This document shows positions 57,781-64,000 of a stretch of 64,000 nt of DNA, in pieces. This stretch comes from an uncultured delta proteobacterium. GTDB lineage: Bacteria; Desulfobacterota; Desulfobacteria; Desulfobacterales; UBA11574. Location of the stretch: the NCBI GenBank assembly GCA_963790095.1, contig CAWBNO010000007.1, positions 15,852-79,851 of the forward strand, given 5' to 3'. The notes beneath the pieces were generated by a model that was not told the DNA's origin, searched no databases, and saw only the letters and a program-made list of their open reading frames with translations. Every line of letters starts with the position of its first letter. Positions within the stretch are counted from its first letter, which is position 1. The position numbers and the translations under genes are program-made.

Positions 57781-58344
57781 TTACGAATCTATGCTGTCGG
57801 CCAACGAGGCCTTGGCGCCGGCGTCGGCATCGACGGATTCTAAAGCTTCAGGGGGCCACGAGACCGCCTCAAGGGATTTCAAATTTTTTTCTTCTTTCAG
57901 CAACGGATGAAAATCCCGATCTTCATCGGAAAGCAAAAGGGGTTTTAAATTGGGATGGCCCTCAAAGTTTATCCCGTATAAATCCCGGGTTTCCCGCTCG
58001 TGCCAGTTCGCTCCCTGATAAATGTCGCATATGCTGGGGAGGGACATATCCTCCGGAACCGAGACGTGGCCCTTGATTCGATACAGCCGGTCATATCTGG
58101 CGAACGTATAGACCCCATTGAGGCCGGACGTCGTCCTTTCCGCTGTTTCTTCAGACAGAACATGAAACCCCGTTACAAAGACCAGATAAAAGCCCTCATC
58201 ATAAGCTTTCTGGGCAAATTTTCGAACCTGGTTCACTTCCAGGGCAACTTCCAGGTGATACCCCCGCTGGTTGTAGTCGGTTTCAGTTGTATTGAACTCG
58301 TGAAACAGGATGTCTTCTTTAAAAATTTTGGTTTCTTGGGCCAT
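57781..58344 (-). CDS. nuoC: NADH-quinone oxidoreductase subunit C
   Basis: ...ANWHERETRDLYGINFEGHP.... Start set to ATG 58344, overlapping the nuoB stop (TAATG). Confidence 0.8.
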   Translation of the reverse strand: MAQETKIFKEDILFHEFNTTETDYNQRGYHLEVALEVNQVRKFAQKAYDEGFYLVFVTGFHVLSEETAERTTSGLNGVYTFARYDRLYRIKGHVSVPEDMSLPSICDIYQGANWHERETRDLYGINFEGHPNLKPLLLSDEDRDFHPLLKEEKNLKSLEAVSWPPEALESVDADAGAKASLADSIDS

Positions 58345-58964
58345 TATTTTAGTTTTAACCCTTTCACTTTCCTTAACGGTGATCCAGGATGACGATTTTG
58401 AGGTAAAGGATGCCGGACGCCGGCAATCTTTTCCTGAAGTTTCAAAATTCCTTCCAGCAATCCTTCGGGTCTGGGCGGACATCCGGGAACATAGACATCC
58501 ACCGGTATCAGCTTGTCGACCCCTTCAATGACATTATAATTTTCCTTTACCTTGAAAGGACCGCCGGAAATGGCACAGTTCCCCAGGGCAATGACCCACT
58601 TGGGGGACGGCATTTGTTCAAAAAGGGTAAGAAGTACCGGAGCGAGTTTCTTGTTGACCGTTCCCGCAACGATCATCAGATCCGACTGCCTTGGCGAGGG
58701 TCTAAAGACTTCAGATCCGTATCTGGAGATATCGAAACGGGCCATGCCGGTTCCCATCATTTCTATTGCACAGCAGGCAATCCCGAAGGTCATGGGCCAA
58801 AGGGAATTCGCTTGACACAGCTTGAGTATCCTGTCCGAAAGCTCCATGCGCAATATGGGACCTGGGCTGTCTTCGATAACAGGCTTGCAAGATTCAGACG
58901 TTAAATGTTCTACGTAAGCTTCCAAATCGGGTTGGATCAGCGAACTTTTATTTTCCTCTCCCAC
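58344..58964 (-). CDS. nuoB: NADH-quinone oxidoreductase subunit B
   Basis: [17 protein letters not shown] ... [12 protein letters not shown]. Confidence 0.9.
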   Translation of the reverse strand: MGEENKSSLIQPDLEAYVEHLTSESCKPVIEDSPGPILRMELSDRILKLCQANSLWPMTFGIACCAIEMMGTGMARFDISRYGSEVFRPSPRQSDLMIVAGTVNKKLAPVLLTLFEQMPSPKWVIALGNCAISGGPFKVKENYNVIEGVDKLIPVDVYVPGCPPRPEGLLEGILKLQEKIAGVRHPLPQNRHPGSPLRKVKGLKLK

Positions 58965-59368
58965 GTAAAAACTCCTTTAACCCAGGCATAAACAATGGCA
59001 AGGATCAAAATACCTAAGAATATAAAAACCTCGACAATTCCTCGCGTAGCGGACACTTTGTCAAAGGCTGCGGCAACCGGAAACAGAAACAGGATGTCGA
59101 CATCAAATGCCAGAAAGATCAGGGCGTAAAGATAATAGGCGACGCCGTAACGATAATCCCAGGCATCCCCGTAAGTTTCCATTCCACATTCGTAGGTGTT
59201 CCGTGTCGTTTTTAAATGAGTTCTTTTGGGGCGAACAAACCAATTGATGATAAACGGCGTAAAACCGCCGATAAAACCTACGATGAGGAAAAGAAAGATA
59301 TACATGTAGTCTAAAAGTGCAGATTCCGTCATTTCAACTATCCCGTAAATCCGGTCATTCCATAGCAA
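58937..59368 (-). CDS. nuoA: NADH-quinone oxidoreductase subunit A
   Basis: YECGME...[14 protein letters not shown]. The true start may be ATG 59332. Confidence 0.85.
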   Translation of the reverse strand: MLWNDRIYGIVEMTESALLDYMYIFLFLIVGFIGGFTPFIINWFVRPKRTHLKTTRNTYECGMETYGDAWDYRYGVAYYLYALIFLAFDVDILFLFPVAAAFDKVSATRGIVEVFIFLGILILAIVYAWVKGVFTWERKIKVR

Positions 59369-59431
59369 AAAAAAATGCCGACCGAAGCATTTTTTAAAGC
59401 CCTCATTAATTAAAAATTAATCAAAGGGAGT

Positions 59432-59460
59432 TTTTTATTTTTTTAAACTAAAATTGTCAA
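59432..59460 (-). promoter_or_regulatory. candidate sigma-70 promoter for the nuo cluster
   Basis: Minus strand reads TTGACA, 17 nt, TAAAAA, in the AT-rich spacer between hgcB and nuoA. Confidence 0.4.
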
Positions 59461-59582
59461 GAGATGTTTTATTTTTTTCCAATTTGAGGTTTAGAAATAT
59501 CAAGATTTTGCTAAGCTAAATAATGACTTATGCAGACCATCCGTGCGGTCGCACCCTGACCAGGTAATTTTCAAGCGCGTTT

Positions 59583-59927
59583 TTAGCAGCAGATTTTGCC
59601 CCGGTTATTTTCCGAATCGCCGGAAGGTTCCAGCACACAACAACAGGCCCCATCCCTGCCCAGGGCTGCGTTGATGACGGCTGCGGCACAGCCCACACCC
59701 GCTTGCACGGTTACGGCATCGGTGGGGCAGTTCATGGCACACGCCCCGCATTCCATGCAAGAATCCCTGTTGTCGATCCGGGCTTTTCCCTGATTCATCC
59801 ATAGAACCCCTTGGGGGCAGACGATCAAACACATGCCGCAACCCGAGCATTTTTCCGTGTCCAGTTCCAGTGTCGCGACATTTTTCAGATATATCATTGC
59901 ATTCATTTTACAAAACCTTTTTGCCAT
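59583..59927 (-). CDS. hgcB: mercury-methylation ferredoxin HgcB
   Basis: CSGCGMCLIVCP and CMECGACAMNCP [4Fe-4S] motifs, the conserved GVGCAAA Cys, and a C-terminal vicinal ...KICC*. Lies immediately downstream of hgcA. The start may be an internal Met (MNAMIYLKNV). Confidence 0.85.
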   Translation of the reverse strand: MAKRFCKMNAMIYLKNVATLELDTEKCSGCGMCLIVCPQGVLWMNQGKARIDNRDSCMECGACAMNCPTDAVTVQAGVGCAAAVINAALGRDGACCCVLEPSGDSENNRGKICC

Positions 59928-60012
59928 TTGGTTAAAATGTATGACCCCATGATGTTGTTTAAATCCGCTTCAATTAAGGATTATAAAGATTCTCATTAAT
60001 TCTATGCAAGAT

Positions 60013-61059
60013 TCAGGTCATAAATCGCGGCCCCAGCCAGAGGCACAATCCCACCACGCCAGCGGTAATTTCAAGTGGAACGGCCCACTTCATCTCTTTT
60101 TTCACACCTGAAAGGGAGGTGTATGTGGAGGCGCCGGTAAAGTTCATGGCAAGATATGCCGAAACCGCCGGCGCCAGGAAAAACCACGCCAGAATTTCAG
60201 CAAAATTGTGCGGTATGTCAAAATATCCAGCACTGAAAACTGTAACCATCAGTGTTGTCAACAGGCCCATGATCAAACCTTTCTGGGAGAAGGCGCGACC
60301 GGGAATCCATGGAAGAAGAATCGGCGTTAGAACCGCACCGGCCACCAGTGCTCCCAGCAGATGGAACACCGCAAAAAGGCCTTTGTTCATTGCACCCTGC
60401 CAAAATCCCGAAGGTGCTCCCAAACCTCCCAGCAGAAAAAAAGCAGGCAGCATAACCAGGGACCATTTTAAAACACTCACCAGTTCGATGGGAATTAGGA
60501 TGGCCCTTTCCCCAATCGGAAAGGTCTTGCGCCGCATCTCCGGCGTTGCCTTCAGGCCGGCATCCAGAAAAGACGGCAAATCAGCGGCTCGAATCGGGCC
60601 GTAAATCCCTTTGAAACCGGAGCGTTTTCTAAGGGTGTACGCCGCAACACCAGGACCTGCCAACTGGGGAAGAATGACCTCCCGGTGGGACACCACGCGG
60701 CTCAATCCGCTGAGGTCGATGCGATGAACCAATTCATCGGTTCCGAAGGTTCCTTTTCCTGCGGCACACCAGACATTGATGCCATTGGTGTCCAGAACCA
60801 GAATCCATGCGTTCCGTCCGGGGAGGGCTTCACGCAAGCGGTCAAAACTCATTTTGTAATTGGCCGTAACCAGAACCGGCGATTGATCATCCGGCGCTCC
60901 AAGGGCATAAAGGCCGGGATCCACCGTATAATTCATACGGCCCACCCCCCAGCGCGCCTTAATGCTGCCCCATTGGTCCGCCCAGACCAACCCGGACGAA
61001 ATTTTTGGCACGTCACCCGCCGGTGTCCGGACCGAGCCGATGATAAACGGCTGCTTCAT
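60013..61059 (-). CDS. hgcA: mercury-methylation corrinoid protein HgcA
   Basis: Cap-helix signature GINVWCAAGKGTF (motif N(V/I)WCA(A/G)GK at 60757-60780). N-terminal corrinoid-binding-type domain plus a C-terminal half with ~5 TM helices. Confidence 0.9.
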   Translation of the reverse strand: MKQPFIIGSVRTPAGDVPKISSGLVWADQWGSIKARWGVGRMNYTVDPGLYALGAPDDQSPVLVTANYKMSFDRLREALPGRNAWILVLDTNGINVWCAAGKGTFGTDELVHRIDLSGLSRVVSHREVILPQLAGPGVAAYTLRKRSGFKGIYGPIRAADLPSFLDAGLKATPEMRRKTFPIGERAILIPIELVSVLKWSLVMLPAFFLLGGLGAPSGFWQGAMNKGLFAVFHLLGALVAGAVLTPILLPWIPGRAFSQKGLIMGLLTTLMVTVFSAGYFDIPHNFAEILAWFFLAPAVSAYLAMNFTGASTYTSLSGVKKEMKWAVPLEITAGVVGLCLWLGPRFMT

Positions 61060-61226
61060 ATCGGGAAGGCTCTCCTGAACCTTTTTTTTCCCGGGTCAGC
61101 AAGTGCCGGTCAACGATTCTGTGGGTCCGTTTTCATGACAAGATTGTTTTTCCAAAAAATCGAGGGGGTTCTTATTCATTTAAAGTGTTCCTCTTCGGTG
61201 GACAGGACGCCAAATTCGGCCGGCCC

Positions 61227-61430
61227 CTATGCGGCCGGATAATTAATCTCTTTTAGGGTGTCCCGGATCTTTTCCAGAGTGGCCGGGGATTCAAATTCAA
61301 CCGTTATGCTTTTATTTCCAGGATCACCTTCCACGGTTTTGACGCCTTCCAGTTCATTCAACTCATTCTTGATCGACATCACACAGTGTCCACAGGAAAT
61401 ATTGGGTATGGAAAAGGTTTCTTTTGCCAT
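61227..61430 (-). CDS. heavy-metal-associated (HMA) domain metallochaperone, CopZ/MerP-like
   Basis: 67 aa. FSIPNISCGHCVMSIKNEL carries the MxCxxC-type CGHC metal site in a ferredoxin-like fold pattern. AGGAGG RBS. Confidence 0.85.
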   Translation of the reverse strand: MAKETFSIPNISCGHCVMSIKNELNELEGVKTVEGDPGNKSITVEFESPATLEKIRDTLKEINYPAA

Positions 61431-61460
61431 TTTATGGTTCCTCCTTTGGTTTATTCTCAG

Positions 61461-61489
61461 TAGATAATGCTACAATGTGGCTGTGTCAA
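61461..61489 (-). promoter_or_regulatory. candidate sigma-70 promoter for the HMA-hgcAB unit
   Basis: Minus strand reads TTGACA, 17 nt, TATCTA, ~30 nt upstream of the AGGAGG RBS and just downstream of the repeat hairpin. Confidence 0.5.
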
Positions 61490-61502
61490 CCTGAAAAATT
61501 TG

Positions 61503-61670
61503 GTTCTTCTCCAATTAAGTTGGAGAAGAGGGTCCAAGGATTCAAGGGGTCAAGTATTCAAAGTTTTTTTAAAGACTTTATCAGCGCCTTTAACATTCTG
61601 CGATGTCTTTTTTGAGTGCACCCAATTCACCTTTTTTCAATTAAATCTAAATCCCCTGCCAATAATATCC
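61503..61670 (-). repeat. inverted-repeat copy 2 (frameshifted four-helix-bundle remnant + TCAAGG repeats + hairpin)
   Basis: The reverse complement aligns with 47334-47505: ILLAGDLDLIEK, then frameshifts, then MLKALIKSLKK. Confidence 0.85.
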
Positions 61671-62163
61671 GTGAAGTTAAACTTTATATTTCTTCATTTG
61701 GGAATTTTAAGGTGGTGAAGAATTTTCGAAGCTTCGGCTGGAACTGATGCATAAATTTGAAAACAAGATGATCAAACTGCAGGAACCGCAGTATGAGGTA
61801 GAGAATTTCTGGGTGGGTGCGCTGCGTAACGCCGATCAAAAAGCTACCACTATGTAGCACTTTTCTCTTGACAAAATTACTCGGAAATAATAGTTTCCAA
61901 TTTAACGTCCATTATCACCTCCTATTGGACTTCCTTCTGACCCGGGGCTATTTTTCTTTGGAATGAACCGCCCCTTTTTCATTCCACCGGTATTGAGCCC
62001 ATCTCCAGGTCGGGATTTCAGTACAGAATAATTTTTTGATGGTGTTTGACAGTCAGAAATGACTTGACATCAAATACCACAAAGTAATACTAACAATTGT
62101 CGCGCCAGGCTGTCGTTTAAGGGGGTTTTCATAATTTTTACAGCATGTCGGCGGGGATTTTAC

Positions 62164-62538
62164 ATGGATAAGAAAGAATTTAGATATTTTAGAAAAAGGC
62201 TGGGGAAAACTCAGCGCCAGATGGCCCAGCTCCTCGGCGTGTCCCTTAAGGCGGTACACAGCTACGAACAGGGATGGCGGTCGGTACCGTACTATGTGGA
62301 GCGCCAGGTTTTTTTCCTGGTTTCAAGGATACAGAAAGATTTCGAAGAAAAAAACCCGTGCTGGGTAATAAAAAAATGTCCTTCTGAAAAGAAAAAGCAG
62401 TGCCCGGCCTGGGAGTTTAACGCCGGAGATCTTTGCTGGTTTATCAGTGGAACGATTTGTGACGGAACCGTTCAGAAAAAGTGGGGAGAAAAAATGAAGT
62501 TTTGTCGATCTTGTGACATATTGAAATCGTTATTTTAG
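62164..62538 (+). CDS. XRE-type HTH protein with C-terminal Cys-rich (two-CW-like) domain
   Basis: FRKRLGKTQRQMAQLLGVSLKAVHSYEQG is the HTH. C-terminus: CWVIKKCPSEKKKQCPAWEFNAGDLCWFISGTICDG...CRSC (two CW dipeptides, 8 Cys). Confidence 0.7.
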   Translation: MDKKEFRYFRKRLGKTQRQMAQLLGVSLKAVHSYEQGWRSVPYYVERQVFFLVSRIQKDFEEKNPCWVIKKCPSEKKKQCPAWEFNAGDLCWFISGTICDGTVQKKWGEKMKFCRSCDILKSLF

Positions 62539-62569
62539 CCCGAATCACCCATCAATATGGATCCGTTTT

Positions 62570-64000
62570 TTACCGGTCGGTTGTTCCGTGCTGATGTGAA
62601 AAATTTCCAAAATAAAACATTTCCATCTCCTTATCCAACGACTGACCCTTCCGATGGATCTGAACTTTAACATTGCTTCCAATTTTGCTGTAAAACAGCT
62701 GGAGTTTCAAGTCGGCCAACGATGTTATTGCCTGCCCGTCAAAGGCCTTAATGACATCCCCTTCCTGCAACCCTGCTTTTTTTGCGGGGCCATTATGGCT
62801 GACACCTGTGACTTCAAGGCCCTGGTCTTTTTCTTCAACCATTACACCCAGTTTGGGTGATTCCTCCCCTTTTAGCTCCGTGGTTAAAAGTACATAATCC
62901 GCAATGCTGTCTTCAATTTCTTCATCCTGCACAACAACTTTAAACGGCTCGTGATTACGCCGATGCAAGCGCCCGGGGATTCCATATTTATGCCTGACAT
63001 GGCCGTTGCCCGCCAGAATCACCAGCTTGCTTTCCGGGGTGTCTGCCAGAAACTTTTGGGCAGATTCCGCCATGCCTTCATCCCACAGGGTTTGCGCCTG
63101 GAAAAAATAATTAAAATCTTTGAGGTCCTTTTGTTGGGTGTGTAATGTGAATACGGTGTTCAAATCCTTCCGATACTGTTCATTTGAAAAATCCATTGCA
63201 GAAGGGAGCTGTTTCTTTTGGTCGTCGGGCAGGCTGTACAGGCCTTCCCGTGCAACTTTACGGCTGATATCTCCTTGGATATTGAGGGCTATAACCGGGA
63301 TGTTTTGTTGTTTAAGATAATCGACGATGGGTTTATACAGATTGTAATCGTAACCCCATCGGCTGAAATATTCCGATTTTTGTAGAAATGTTCGCTCATC
63401 AATCTGTCCGGCCAGGTATTCGTTCACCACCTGTTGAAAAGGCTTTTGAAGCATTTCCATTCCCACAGCCAGTCTATATCCGGACTCGTGCATCTTTTTA
63501 ATGATCTGCAACTGATTAATATGGTGGGCAAACCGGTCGTGCCGCTCTCCAACATAAATTATCCGGGCGGTTGCGAGCTGGGGAATGATATCGTCAACCG
63601 TCGCCAGTGAATCGGGAATTACGGCTTTGGTTGCCGGATGAGACAAGACCCGAATGCCGCTATCTGTTTTGGCCGTGGCCTTGAAGGTGTTTCGGCCCGC
63701 GTCGAAGGCCAGTTCGGTGTATTTACCGTAGTGGGGTATTTTGCCCTGAACCGCCTGAGTTTCTGTTTTGTTTTTGGCATGCAACAGTGCAATTCGTTCG
63801 GATGCATTGTACGGGTTTTTGTAAACTTTCAGGCGCAATCCATCTTTCGGGACAACCTGTTTGCCAAGCAGCATATCCACAAGAGGATTGTCGTAGCCTG
63901 CAATCAGCATCGAATTTTCTTTCATCTGGATGAATGAAAATTTTTCCGGTGTAACATAGGTTATATTTTCAATCCCCAGCGCATCAATCAGCGGCTGGTA
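62570..64000 (-). CDS. ChaN-like (Tiki/heme-binding-uptake superfamily) protein with C-terminal PDZ domain; 5' end beyond the right window edge
   Basis: RIIYVGERHDRFAHHINQLQII...AVGMEM is the ChaN block; LEVTGVSHNGPAKKAGLQEGDVIKAFDG is the PDZ. The frame stays open upstream of the listed Met to base 64000 (YQPLIDALGIENITYVTPEKFSFIQ). Confidence 0.7.
   Translation of the reverse strand, partial: YQPLIDALGIENITYVTPEKFSFIQMKENSMLIAGYDNPLVDMLLGKQVVPKDGLRLKVYKNPYNASERIALLHAKNKTETQAVQGKIPHYGKYTELAFDAGRNTFKATAKTDSGIRVLSHPATKAVIPDSLATVDDIIPQLATARIIYVGERHDRFAHHINQLQIIKKMHESGYRLAVGMEMLQKPFQQVVNEYLAGQIDERTFLQKSEYFSRWGYDYNLYKPIVDYLKQQNIPVIALNIQGDISRKVAREGLYSLPDDQKKQLPSAMDFSNEQYRKDLNTVFTLHTQQKDLKDFNYFFQAQTLWDEGMAESAQKFLADTPESKLVILAGNGHVRHKYGIPGRLHRRNHEPFKVVVQDEEIEDSIADYVLLTTELKGEESPKLGVMVEEKDQGLEVTGVSHNGPAKKAGLQEGDVIKAFDGQAITSLADLKLQLFYSKIGSNVKVQIHRKGQSLDKEMEMFYFGNFSHQHGTTDR

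Noticed and set aside
59370-59395. Attenuator-like hairpin plus T9 immediately upstream of nuoA.
   Set aside because: The stem is only ~5 bp including a wobble (AUGCU/GGCAU), too weak to call by eye.
61712-61858. Plus-strand frame encoding GGEEFSKLRLELMHKFENKMIKLQEPQYEVENFWVGALRNADQKATTM* and a minus-strand 11-codon ORF with a perfect AGGAGG RBS at ~61895-61945.
   Set aside because: The sequences look protein-like, but the first has an in-frame stop immediately upstream and no usable start beyond a 36-codon stub. I recognise no family. They are probably gene debris next to the decayed repeat.

Overview
This 64-kb chromosomal window reads like an anaerobic Desulfobacterota genome of the Desulfobacterales sulfate-reducer type. 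The signs are abundant sigma-54 and two-component regulators, selenocysteine-containing Hdr/Mvh-type redox proteins, and hgcAB. Layout: (i) 1-8.3 kb holds an Rrf2 regulator with an SQR-like oxidoreductase, a five-gene PAS-kinase/receiver/NtrC cluster, and a bacterial archaemetzincin. (ii) 8.3-25.4 kb is a ~17-kb accessory island bounded by a perfect 29-bp direct repeat of the archaemetzincin 3' end. It carries decayed IS110, IS256 and tyrosine-recombinase fragments, glycosyltransferases, Usp, an AOR-family oxidoreductase, a CDF transporter, many small secreted or Cys-rich ORFs, and a family of ~120-nt terminator-containing repeats. (iii) 25.7-39.9 kb holds two tandem Cys-rich GcvH-like paralogues. 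Divergently across a sigma-54 activator lies a sigma-54-driven operon: metF-like, hdrA-like fusion (Sec), mvhD (Sec), metV, metF, a receiver, and an hdrD-like gene (Sec). (iv) Next come aroE, ygiQ, an RluA-family synthase and two more sensor kinases, one of them frameshifted. (v) 47.5-59.4 kb is a nuo cluster without nuoEFG but with four antiporter-like subunits, followed by hgcB-hgcA and an HMA metallochaperone gene. This whole ~14 kb is bracketed by inverted copies of a decayed four-helix-bundle (IVS-protein-like) cassette. (vi) An HTH/Cys-rich regulator and a ChaN-PDZ protein that runs off the right edge close the window. I saw no rRNA, tRNA or CRISPR array. All family assignments come from motif recognition by eye on the supplied translations and my own translations; no database search or folding program was available.
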